DNA of 64,000 bases from an uncultured virus (IMG/VR IMGVR_UViG_3300021437_000016) (lineage: Duplodnaviria > Heunggongvirae > Uroviricota > Caudoviricetes). The notes below the pieces were generated by a model. The model did not search any database. It was not told where the DNA came from and was given only the letters and a program-made list of their open reading frames with translations. The position numbers and the translations under genes were made by a program. Positions 29,285 to 37,544 of this stretch are shown here, one piece after another. Numbering within the stretch: the stretch's first letter is position 1; every line of letters starts with the position of its first letter. The stretch lies in the IMG/VR virus record IMGVR_UViG_3300021437_000016; one strand, written 5' to 3'.

Positions 29285-29656
29285 ATGGCCCTCCCTCACA
29301 AGTACAAGGTCCTCGCCCTGCGGCCCGGTCTGACCAAGCCGATCGAGCTTCTCTGCACCTCATCACCCAAACCGGAGAAGGTCGCAAACTGGCTACACAG
29401 GAAAGGGTGGATCAACCCTGACCCGGTGCATGCCGATAGTCGTCGAGTTCTGACAACGCGTTATTACCCGTCACGCAAGGGATGGGTGATCTCGGACTTC
29501 ACACGTGCGTACACCCGCCAACTGTACCGCAACGCAGGTGTTCTCGTCTGGGTCGGCCACTCTCGTGGGACGAAGGTGTACCAGTCCGAGGACGTGGCCG
29601 TCATGGTCATGCTGCACCTGCTCAATCCGTCGGAGCAACTGACGCTCAACGTATAA
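29285..29656 (+). CDS. small hypothetical protein (array member 5)
   Basis: AAGGA SD, start MALPHK. Confidence 0.65.
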   Translation: MALPHKYKVLALRPGLTKPIELLCTSSPKPEKVANWLHRKGWINPDPVHADSRRVLTTRYYPSRKGWVISDFTRAYTRQLYRNAGVLVWVGHSRGTKVYQSEDVAVMVMLHLLNPSEQLTLNV

Positions 29657-29667
29657 CGCGTGGTGGG

Positions 29668-29696
29668 TTGACAAATCACAACTTATCTGCGATAAG
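29668..29696 (+). promoter_or_regulatory. sigma70-like promoter
   Basis: TTGACA-17-GATAAG. Confidence 0.6.
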
Positions 29697-29727
29697 GTAC
29701 AAGACATCAACGCGAAGGAGTAAAGGC

Positions 29728-30132
29728 ATGAAGCTGTATACCACACCGGGCGGTCAGTGGGCCGGTACCGAGAAGGACTGGAAGGCAAACCTCAAGTCCG
29801 AAGGCATCGACGCCAAGACCTACACCGGCCGCAAGCAGATCGACATCCCCACCGACAAGGCGGGCCTGATGGAGTTCCTGACTTTCCACAACGTCAACGT
29901 CATCAATCCTGGCACCGTTCAGGCAATCGAGCCGAACGTAGTCGAGGCTGCGCTGCCTGTCGACGTCGAGGCGCTGCGCGCCTTGCACAACCCCGAGGCC
30001 AGTCCGACGCCGGTCCCGGCAGCACCTACTACTGTGACGGACATCGACACGCTGTTCGTCACCGCACCCATCACGAAGCAGGTCGAGCTCGCAGTGGGCC
30101 TCCTCGATCGACTTGAGTCTCTGGCCCGCTGA
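29728..30132 (+). CDS. hypothetical protein
   Basis: AAGGAG SD, start MKLYTTPGGQWAGT. Confidence 0.75.
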   Translation: MKLYTTPGGQWAGTEKDWKANLKSEGIDAKTYTGRKQIDIPTDKAGLMEFLTFHNVNVINPGTVQAIEPNVVEAALPVDVEALRALHNPEASPTPVPAAPTTVTDIDTLFVTAPITKQVELAVGLLDRLESLAR

Positions 30133-30136
30133 TCCA

Positions 30137-30152
30137 ATTAGATTATCTAATC
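30137..30152. promoter_or_regulatory. palindromic element copy 10
   Basis: ATTAGATTATCTAATC, 19 nt before ATG 30172. Confidence 0.85.
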
Positions 30153-30171
30153 AAACGAAGGGAATATCGAC

Positions 30172-31047
30172 ATGAGCATCCACACTCTCACCGAACGCGC
30201 CATGGTCATGAACCTCTCGATCAGCCTGTGGCAGGGCTATCGTCTCGACAAGGAGGCCAGCCGTCAGGTCACCGCCAGCAACGGCGCAGCCAGCGACGCT
30301 GCCCGGGTCAACAAGCACCTCGTGCCGAAGGAGTATCTCGCACCTGTGGTGACCGCCGCCAACGCTGTTCGCACCCACTTCTACGATAACACGTTGCCGT
30401 GGCGCGATAACGGCGACCGCCTGATGACCCGCAAGCGGTACATGGCCTTCATCGAGACGCACGAGCGTCTGGTCGGAGAGTTCAAGGAGGCGGTAGACCG
30501 CTTCCTCACCATCAAGTACCCCAGCGCGGTCGAGCAGGCTGAGTTCCGCATGGGGGACCTGCACAACCCGAACGACTATCCGAGCGCCAGCGAGCTTCGC
30601 TATCGCTTCCGGATCAACCTCGACATCGATGCACTGACCACCTCGAACGACTTCCGCGTCCAGATCGACAAGGAGCACGTCGACAAGGTCAAGGCAGCGA
30701 TGGAGCAGGCAGCCGAGCAGCGGGTCCAGGGTGCCATGCAGGATGTGTGGAAGCGTCTGGCGACCACCGTCGGCAACTTCTTCGAGCGTATGGACACGCC
30801 TGATGCTGTGTTCCGGGACAGCACGGTCAATAACCTCGCCGAGCTGGTCGAGCTCATCCCGGGCCTGAACGTCCTCGACGATCCGGACATCGAGCTGGTG
30901 CGCCGCCAGATCGAGCAGAAGCTGACCGGTATCACCGCCAAGGACATCCGCAAGGACCCGGCGCTGCGGACCGAGCTGGCCGGCGAAGCCAAGGCGATCA
31001 TGGACCACATGAGCGGGTTCATGAAGGCGTTCGGCGCAAGCGCCTGA
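30172..31047 (+). CDS. DUF3150-like helical protein
   Basis: 291 aa; ISLWQG, TLPW, DYPSASELRYRF, LNVLDDP; this family often accompanies phage AAA/vWA pairs. Confidence 0.65.
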   Translation: MSIHTLTERAMVMNLSISLWQGYRLDKEASRQVTASNGAASDAARVNKHLVPKEYLAPVVTAANAVRTHFYDNTLPWRDNGDRLMTRKRYMAFIETHERLVGEFKEAVDRFLTIKYPSAVEQAEFRMGDLHNPNDYPSASELRYRFRINLDIDALTTSNDFRVQIDKEHVDKVKAAMEQAAEQRVQGAMQDVWKRLATTVGNFFERMDTPDAVFRDSTVNNLAELVELIPGLNVLDDPDIELVRRQIEQKLTGITAKDIRKDPALRTELAGEAKAIMDHMSGFMKAFGASA

Positions 31048-31056
31048 CAACGAGTG

Positions 31057-31084
31057 GCAGGGTGGTCTCACGGCCACCCTGCTT
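31057..31084 (+). terminator. stem-loop, possible terminator
   Basis: GCAGGGTGGTC-TCAC-GGCCACCCTGC then TT. Confidence 0.5.
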
Positions 31085-31148
31085 CCCCGGGTTTACCAAT
31101 CACCAGCACGCTGCTATCGCCGCGATGCAGCATCCGAAGGAATTATCA

Positions 31149-31436
31149 ATGGGCCGTCCAGTCTTTGCCGCCACACGTGGTGGTGATCCAATCGAAGAAA
31201 TCCTGCAGCGCACACGCCGCACCGAGACGCGTCTCACGCAGCTGATGATTGCCATGAATGTTGAAACCCAAGCACAAAAGGCTTCGTTCTACGAGGATGC
31301 CGATGGACAGGCGCGTATCCTCGTGCCATCACGCCACACACCACTGAAGGAGATTCTCGACAGCATCCCCGACAGGTGGCAGGGAATGATCGACGTCTAC
31401 ATCGGTGTCGATCGTGTTTTGACGATTGATCGCTGA
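31149..31436 (+). CDS. hypothetical protein
   Basis: AAGGA SD, start MGRPVF. Confidence 0.65.
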   Translation: MGRPVFAATRGGDPIEEILQRTRRTETRLTQLMIAMNVETQAQKASFYEDADGQARILVPSRHTPLKEILDSIPDRWQGMIDVYIGVDRVLTIDR

Positions 31437-31465
31437 TACCGACTGCGGTAATGGGGAGCCACACG

Positions 31466-31792
31466 ATGAGCGACAACAGCCTTGGGTCAGGTATCGGTGA
31501 CCTTGTTCAATACGTCTGGGCTGGGGGCGCAGGTATCATGGGGCGGGTCATGTATCACGCACATCTTATCCAGCAGGGCAAGCGCAAGCCACTTCTTTGG
31601 GTCCTCTGCGACCTGGCTATTGCTCTCGGGATGGGGTGGATTGTTCTGGGGTTGTGCAATTGGGTAGGCATGAACCAAAGCACCATGCAGTCTCTCGCCA
31701 TCATGGCAGGCTGGGCCGGGCCCCATATGATCGACCAGCTGATCGCCCGCGCTCTCGACAAGTATCTCGGGCCGAAGGACAAGGGCGAATGA
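31466..31792 (+). CDS. holin (putative)
   Basis: 2-3 hydrophobic segments, basic C-terminus, ATGA overlap with the endolysin. Confidence 0.7.
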   Translation: MSDNSLGSGIGDLVQYVWAGGAGIMGRVMYHAHLIQQGKRKPLLWVLCDLAIALGMGWIVLGLCNWVGMNQSTMQSLAIMAGWAGPHMIDQLIARALDKYLGPKDKGE

Positions 31793-32433
31793 CGACCACC
31801 ACCGACCTCCAGTATGCCATCGGCACGAACGTTGATGGCGTGTGGGGACCCAAGTCCCGGGACGCTCTCTGGACCGGCATCCATAACCAGTCAGGCTCGG
31901 TGTTCGCAGCACTCGCAGCGTACATCACGCAGCAGCACAACAGCCCGGCGCTGACCAGCCTCGGCATCGCTCTCGCCGACCACCTCGACCTCTTCGAGAT
32001 CACCGCCAACGTCAAGCGGCTGGCGAATTTCCTCGGTCAGGGTGCGCACGAGACAATGGGCTTCACACGCTATCGCGAGTTATGGGGTCCGACCAAGGCG
32101 CAGATTGGCTATGAGGGCCGCGCTGATCTGGGCAACACGCAGCCTGGCGATGGCAAGCGGTACATGGGCCGTGGCATCTTCCAGACCACCGGCCGCGCCA
32201 ACTACCAACGCGTTAGTGAGCGCATCGGCGTGGATTTCGTCTCCAACCCTGTGCTGCTGGAGACGCCCGACATGGCAGTTCTCTCGGCATGCATCTACTG
32301 GCAGGAGCGCAAGCTCGGTGCGCTGGCTGACGCCGGCAAGTACGACCTGATCACCAAGCGGATCAACGGCGGCACCAACGGTATTGAGGAGCGCCGCGCA
32401 GCGGTCGCCCGGGCTGAAAGGGTACTTACGTAA
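31789..32433 (+). CDS. endolysin, glycoside hydrolase family 19
   Basis: FLGQGAHET, YEGRADLGNTQPGDG, GRGIFQTTGRANY, TKRINGGTNG. Confidence 0.92.
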   Translation: MTTTTDLQYAIGTNVDGVWGPKSRDALWTGIHNQSGSVFAALAAYITQQHNSPALTSLGIALADHLDLFEITANVKRLANFLGQGAHETMGFTRYRELWGPTKAQIGYEGRADLGNTQPGDGKRYMGRGIFQTTGRANYQRVSERIGVDFVSNPVLLETPDMAVLSACIYWQERKLGALADAGKYDLITKRINGGTNGIEERRAAVARAERVLT

Positions 32434-32690
32434 TGCCGAAGGTCCCACATAGCCAGATCGTCATCCTGTTCTGTCTGCTGGCGATTGCCGGCTATGCAGC
32501 CTGTTCGTACTGGGCGATCGAGATCAGCCACGACGCTGCGATCCGAGGTGATGTGGTCGGTACGTGGAAGTCGTTCGCAGTCGCAGCATTCGCATTTTGG
32601 GTCGGCTCTTCGTCAGGTGGCAAGGCGCGAGACGCCGCGTCGCAGGCAGCCGAGACCCCGACACCACCCGACCCCAACGCAGGAGCGTAA
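32433..32690 (+). CDS. two-TM membrane protein in the lysis cassette
   Basis: 85 aa, two hydrophobic segments, FWVGSSSG motif. Confidence 0.7.
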   Translation: MPKVPHSQIVILFCLLAIAGYAACSYWAIEISHDAAIRGDVVGTWKSFAVAAFAFWVGSSSGGKARDAASQAAETPTPPDPNAGA

Positions 32691-32691
32691 C

Positions 32692-33069
32692 ATGGCATTT
32701 CTGGGCATCCACATCCTGAGCAGCAAGCAGCTCGAAGCAGTCAAGGCTGAGGCCGCAGGCTTCGCAGTGTCCGAGGCCGGCAAGGCTGTTGCTGTGCTCA
32801 AGCAGACCTCGATCGGGTCGATCGTCGCCAAGGACATCGCCGCCATGCAGGACAAGAACTTGTCCGGTGCGCAGAAGTTCTCCACCGTGGTCGCCAACAC
32901 CGCACCGCTGGTGCTGAAGTATGCCACTGCTGGCGGTCTCGTCGCGGTTCTCGCTGATGTCGAGGACATCGCGCGCAGCCTTGTGCAGTCGGTCTACAAC
33001 GACACCAAGTCCACCACTGCTGGTCGGGTGGCAGCTGCCGTCCTGAAGCGTTTCGGGATTGCTGTCTGA
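32692..33069 (+). CDS. hypothetical protein in the lysis cassette
   Basis: AGGAG SD, start MAFLGI. Confidence 0.7.
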   Translation: MAFLGIHILSSKQLEAVKAEAAGFAVSEAGKAVAVLKQTSIGSIVAKDIAAMQDKNLSGAQKFSTVVANTAPLVLKYATAGGLVAVLADVEDIARSLVQSVYNDTKSTTAGRVAAAVLKRFGIAV

Positions 33070-33338
33070 TGGGAACGATCCTCTCGATCATTAAGTTCGT
33101 GCTGGGCCTGTTCAGCAAGAGCGCGCCCAACGAAGTCGACCTGGCCGACAGCAATGCCCGCGCACAGGAGCGACTCAATCAGGAGGTATCTGCCAATGAA
33201 GCTCTCGCCAAAGCTGTTGCCGCTCGCAATGACGCCGTTGCTGGCAGCATGTCCGGGGAGTCAGGACCAGCGTCTGACGTCAACCTCGACCCCGACGCAC
33301 CTGTCAACCGCAGCGAGCACGCCCACTTCCGGGATTAA
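33069..33338 (+). CDS. i-spanin-like protein
   Basis: N-terminal hydrophobic anchor followed by a coiled-coil; overlapped by a lipoprotein gene. Confidence 0.55.
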   Translation: MGTILSIIKFVLGLFSKSAPNEVDLADSNARAQERLNQEVSANEALAKAVAARNDAVAGSMSGESGPASDVNLDPDAPVNRSEHAHFRD

Positions 33339-33456
33339 GTCGGTGCCCTGCCCGGCGCTGGCTGTTGTCCAGCTGTCCCGGCGCGACACCACCGGCACCA
33401 AGGCGCAGGTAGAGGCGAACAACGCCGTCATCGAAGCGTCCTGCGTCACCAAATAA
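33196..33456 (+). CDS. o-spanin-like lipoprotein
   Basis: AGGAGG SD; MKLSPKLLPLAMTPLLAAC lipobox; +1 frame overlap with the preceding gene. Confidence 0.65.
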   Translation: MKLSPKLLPLAMTPLLAACPGSQDQRLTSTSTPTHLSTAASTPTSGIKSVPCPALAVVQLSRRDTTGTKAQVEANNAVIEASCVTK

Positions 33457-33525
33457 GTTATCCTCGCAAACATTGACATCTGAAAGGCGGTGGGTTACCA
33501 CCGCCTCATCTAAGGACTTGCCCAA

Positions 33526-33921
33526 ATGATCCACACCTATCCGTTCCTGCGCACAATCGAGCGCGTCACCCGAATCCCTCCGGAAATTCTGTGGTCCGAC
33601 CAGCGTGGCAAGTCCGTCGCCCGGGTGCGTCAGGCCGTCATGTTCGTCCTGCGCAAGAAGGCCAAGTACCCCTACACCGCCATCGCGCGATATGTGGGTC
33701 GGAAGGATCACACGACGGTGATCTTCGGCGCGGCAGCGTTCGAGAGGTATCTCCGCAATAAGGAACCTCTGGCGCTGCGCTACTACAAGATCGCCATCCG
33801 CGCATATGTGAAGCACAAGCAGCAGGAAGATCAGATCGCTGAAGACGCCACCGCTCTGGTGGCTCGCATAGAGGAGGAAATCAGATGCCAGAAGAACAAG
33901 CCCTCGCCTTACGATTGCTGA
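33526..33921 (+). CDS. DnaA C-terminal (domain IV)-like HTH protein
   Basis: ARVRQAVMFVLRK...YTAIARYVGRKDHTTVI matches the DnaA signature; TTGACA at 33473. Confidence 0.8.
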   Translation: MIHTYPFLRTIERVTRIPPEILWSDQRGKSVARVRQAVMFVLRKKAKYPYTAIARYVGRKDHTTVIFGAAAFERYLRNKEPLALRYYKIAIRAYVKHKQQEDQIAEDATALVARIEEEIRCQKNKPSPYDC

Positions 33922-34184
33922 CGGATGTCCTTGTCAAGGTCCGGGAGCAGTTCCAGTTCTATGGTGATAGCCACCTGTCCAAGAGCCCACCCCAGATCGC
34001 CAAGGCTGCCGTCAACTACAAGTTCGTGGCCGAGATCAACCAAGCGCTCATCACAGCACAAGACGTGATGACACCCCCGGACAGGGTGAAGGTCACCGGT
34101 CTCGACCCTCAGGTCGAGAATCTCCTCAAAAGCTGGGAGCGGACCGCTTCCTCCCAATACCCAGAAGGACACCACCCCGCATGA
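33885..34184 (+). CDS. hypothetical protein
   Basis: 99 aa, GAGGAGG SD. Confidence 0.6.
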   Translation: MPEEQALALRLLTDVLVKVREQFQFYGDSHLSKSPPQIAKAAVNYKFVAEINQALITAQDVMTPPDRVKVTGLDPQVENLLKSWERTASSQYPEGHHPA

Positions 34185-34540
34185 TCACGCATGAACAGAT
34201 GGTAGCCGCTCTCCGCAAGCCGGGGGATGCTATCGCCGCAACGGTCGACGCGCAGAAGCTCGACCTGCTCCACATGGCTGTCGGCGTCGCCGGCGAGGCA
34301 GGTGAGCTGCTCGACGCGTTCAAGAAGCATGTCTTCTACAACAAGCCGCTCGACCTCGCGAATGTGGTGGAGGAGCTTGGTGATATCGAGTTCTATCTCC
34401 AAGGTATCCGCGCGATGCTCAATCTGCAGCGCGAAGTGATCCTGCGGGAGAATATGGACAAGCTGCTCACCGGTGAGAAGGCGCGCTACAAGTTCGGCTA
34501 TTCCGACGCGGCGGCGCAAGCACGGAGCGACAAGGCATGA
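34181..34540 (+). CDS. MazG-like NTP pyrophosphohydrolase
   Basis: GEAGELLDAFKK...EELGDIEFY...NMDKL. Confidence 0.88.
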   Translation: MITHEQMVAALRKPGDAIAATVDAQKLDLLHMAVGVAGEAGELLDAFKKHVFYNKPLDLANVVEELGDIEFYLQGIRAMLNLQREVILRENMDKLLTGEKARYKFGYSDAAAQARSDKA

Positions 34541-35202
34541 GCACGTTTGACGAGGCGCAGTGGATGGCTGACGAGGAAGCTCTCAGCCAGGCCTATCCCA
34601 CATATCTGATCGGCATGTCCGGTCCTCCGCGCAGCGGCAAGGACTCGGTCGGCATCGCTTTGGCGAACCTGCTCCACCAAAAGCATGCAGTCGAGGTGCA
34701 TCACCGGGCGCTGTCGCTCCCGATGCGTAAGACGATCTACACCCTGCTCGGGTGGGAATACACACTCAAGCATTACGAGAGCACCAAGGATGTCCCGCTC
34801 CCGGCGCTCGGCGGTAAGTCGATCCGGCAGGCTATGATCGCGCTCAGCGAGGAGCATGTGAAGCCCACCTACGGTCAGGGGTTCTGGGGCCACGCCATGC
34901 TCAACACTCTGCCGATCCCTACCAACAAATGCCCGCGCATCATCGTGGTCACCGATATGGGGTTCGAGGCCGAGGTCGAGGTGTTCGTCCGGATGTTCGG
35001 CGCAGAGAATTGCGTCTGGCCTCAGATCGTGCGGCCTGGCTGTACCTTCGAGGGCGACAGTCGGTCCTATGTTGGGCGGATGGAGCAGCGTACCACTATC
35101 ATCAACGAGGGCGAGACCCTCGATCAGGTGGAGACCGCGGCGTACCGCATCTACGGTCGGCTGATGAACAACTTCAAGTGGGACCTCCCCACACGAGCTT
35201 GA
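34537..35202 (+). CDS. deoxynucleoside monophosphate kinase-like protein
   Basis: P-loop GPPRSGKDS, RQAMIALSE, VVTDMGFEAE. Confidence 0.8.
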   Translation: MSTFDEAQWMADEEALSQAYPTYLIGMSGPPRSGKDSVGIALANLLHQKHAVEVHHRALSLPMRKTIYTLLGWEYTLKHYESTKDVPLPALGGKSIRQAMIALSEEHVKPTYGQGFWGHAMLNTLPIPTNKCPRIIVVTDMGFEAEVEVFVRMFGAENCVWPQIVRPGCTFEGDSRSYVGRMEQRTTIINEGETLDQVETAAYRIYGRLMNNFKWDLPTRA

Positions 35203-35255
35203 CTAAGGATAGGCTATCTATCTATACGCTATACAGCGTTAATAGGAGATAGCGA

Positions 35256-35564
35256 ATGGTCACGACGTACAAGGTTTACAAGGGCATCCCGATGCCCAAG
35301 ATCAAGCGATCCCGGAGCCAATCATCACAGCCCCGGGCGCGCAAGTACGACATCGGTGCCATGGATATCGGTGACTGCCATCTCATCCCCGGCCGGGACG
35401 CCAGTGCAGTGGGTGCCTACATCTCACGCATTGCGCGTTCCGAGCCCGGTCGGTTCTCTCTTCGCTCGGTCGAGCTTGAGCCGGTCGGTGAGGACGGGTG
35501 GAAGATCGTCGACGAGCCGACGGATTTTAGCACTCCCGGTGTGGGAGTTTGGAGGGTTCAGTGA
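35256..35564 (+). CDS. small basic protein, possibly DNA-binding
   Basis: AGGAG SD; KGIPMP...KYD...MDIGD...VWRV; TTGACT promoter-like site at 35199. Confidence 0.7.
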   Translation: MVTTYKVYKGIPMPKIKRSRSQSSQPRARKYDIGAMDIGDCHLIPGRDASAVGAYISRIARSEPGRFSLRSVELEPVGEDGWKIVDEPTDFSTPGVGVWRVQ

Positions 35565-37519
35565 TCTGGGATAGCCTCAACATCATCGCCACCGATACCG
35601 AGACGTCCGGGCGGCTTCCGGAATTTGCTCTTCAGCCGTGGCGCATGGCCCGAGGCGACTGCTGGATCACAAGCATCTCTGCAATTCAGTACACCCCGGC
35701 GGGGGAGCTGGTCCCCTATCTCAGCCAGCTCTTCCCCACCACCGATCAGGTACGCCGGCTGCTCACGGCAGCAATCGAGAACGGATGGACCCTGCTCGGC
35801 TGGAACATCGCGTTCGACATCAGTATGCTCATGGCGCTGGGCTCGGACATCGAGGACCTCTGCCTCCAGGTTCGCTGGCTGGACGGCATGCTCATGGAGC
35901 GCCACTACGACATCGAGCCTGAGTACGAGTTCCAGACCAAGAAGCACCTGAAGAAGTCATACTCGCTGAAGGGCTTCACTGACACCAGCGGGCGGTTCTT
36001 CCCCGGGGCGTTCCAGCGCTGGCTTCCGGGCGTCCCGACCTACAACGACGATGTGGACTTCCACGCCACCGACACTGCCAGCCTGACCAAGCTGCAGGCC
36101 TACAACGACAAGGACAGCGTCTACACGTGGATCATCTCGAAGATGATCTGGGAGAAGATCACCGACACACAGCAACGCGCTGTGCTGGTTGAGGCCGAGT
36201 CTCTGGCGATCGTGGCGCAAGCCAACCTGCACGGCTTGGTGATCGACCAGCTGACTGCGCGCCACCTCGGCGCGAAGCTGGACCTCGATGCGGCGGCGCA
36301 GCTGCATGACCTGGCCCCCGACGGCATGCGCGAGGACATTGTGCGGTCGCCCGCCAAGCTCGCGGCACTACTATTCGACGATCCCTCGGACGGCGGATGG
36401 GGTCTGCCGGTGCTCAAGACCAACAAGTCCAAGGTCGAGGGCAAGGCAGACAGTCGCTCAACAGACAAGGAGGTGCTGCACGAGCTGTCCTTCTTCGATC
36501 CCCGAGCCAAGCGTATCAAGCTGTACCGTGAGGCGCTCAACGCACGAGGCAAGTTCTGCGAGAGCGTGCTGGAGAGCGTGGCCTATAACGAGGACGGCAA
36601 GACCCACCCGCTGTCGAAGATTTTCTCGACGTACACCGGTCGGATGACCGTCAGCTCCAAGCAGGGGCGCGGTGTCAACGAGCGGCCGATCGGCTTCGCG
36701 CTCCACCAGATGAAGCGTGGCGCTGAGTTCCGCGAGATCGTCACGGTCGAGGAAGGCTACGATCTGGTCGAGTTCGACGCCGCCGGGCAGGAGTTCCGCT
36801 GGATGGCGGTGGCCTCCAACGACACGGTTATGCTGGACCTGTGCCACGAGGGGCAGGACCCGCACTCGTACATGGGAGCGCAGATCGTCGGCATGGACTA
36901 TCCGGAGCTTCTCCGGCTGGTGCGCGCTGAGGACAAGACCGCCGGGCAGAACCGCTACCTTGGCAAGTTCGCCAACCTGTCGCTGCAGTATCGCACGTCA
37001 GCACGCAAGCTGAGGGTCAAGGCGCGCGTCGAGTACGACATCCCGATGGAGATGCCCGAGGCACAACGCATCCACTCCACGTACCAGAAGGCCTACCCCG
37101 GCGTGCCGAAATACTGGGAGCGCCAGATCGCCATCGTCAAGGCGCAGGGCTACGTCGAGACGTTCGGCGGAAACCGGATCAAGGTGGAGGGAGACTGGAA
37201 CGGTACGTGGGGTTGGTCGATGGGCTCCACCGCCATCAACGCCCGCATCCAAGGCACCGGCGCGGACCAGAAGTACCTGGCCCTCATGGTGCTGAAACCC
37301 TACCTGCGCTCGATCGGCGCACGGTTCCTGTTCGATCTGCATGACGGTTTGTACATGGCTATCCCGTCCAACATTGCCCTTGACGCTTGTCGAAAGATAA
37401 AGTATATGCTGGATAACTTACCGTATCGGGAGGCTTGGGGGTTCACCCCGCCGGTCCCGATGCCGTGGGACTGCAAGAAGGGCAAAGCGTGGGGCCGCAT
37501 GCGCGGCATCGAGTTTTGA
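35561..37519 (+). CDS. polA: DNA polymerase, family A, with 3'-5' exonuclease
   Basis: ExoI DTET, TGRM, motif A FDAAGQEFR, motif B KFANLSLQY, motif C LHDG. Confidence 0.9.
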   Translation: MIWDSLNIIATDTETSGRLPEFALQPWRMARGDCWITSISAIQYTPAGELVPYLSQLFPTTDQVRRLLTAAIENGWTLLGWNIAFDISMLMALGSDIEDLCLQVRWLDGMLMERHYDIEPEYEFQTKKHLKKSYSLKGFTDTSGRFFPGAFQRWLPGVPTYNDDVDFHATDTASLTKLQAYNDKDSVYTWIISKMIWEKITDTQQRAVLVEAESLAIVAQANLHGLVIDQLTARHLGAKLDLDAAAQLHDLAPDGMREDIVRSPAKLAALLFDDPSDGGWGLPVLKTNKSKVEGKADSRSTDKEVLHELSFFDPRAKRIKLYREALNARGKFCESVLESVAYNEDGKTHPLSKIFSTYTGRMTVSSKQGRGVNERPIGFALHQMKRGAEFREIVTVEEGYDLVEFDAAGQEFRWMAVASNDTVMLDLCHEGQDPHSYMGAQIVGMDYPELLRLVRAEDKTAGQNRYLGKFANLSLQYRTSARKLRVKARVEYDIPMEMPEAQRIHSTYQKAYPGVPKYWERQIAIVKAQGYVETFGGNRIKVEGDWNGTWGWSMGSTAINARIQGTGADQKYLALMVLKPYLRSIGARFLFDLHDGLYMAIPSNIALDACRKIKYMLDNLPYREAWGFTPPVPMPWDCKKGKAWGRMRGIEF

Positions 37520-37544
37520 CATTCAACCAAGGAGTAACGACCAC

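Noticed and set aside
19241..30152. Palindromes as integron attC or lox/dif-type recombination sites
   Set aside because: Only a 1-bp centre, no 6-8 bp crossover spacer or attC R/L boxes, and no tyrosine/serine recombinase seen
34181..35202. MazG + dNMP kinase as a modified-base (e.g. dZ or 7-deazaguanine) pathway
   Set aside because: No PurZ, Que/Dpd, thymidylate-synthase-like or hydroxymethylase genes seen; both genes are common in ordinary phages
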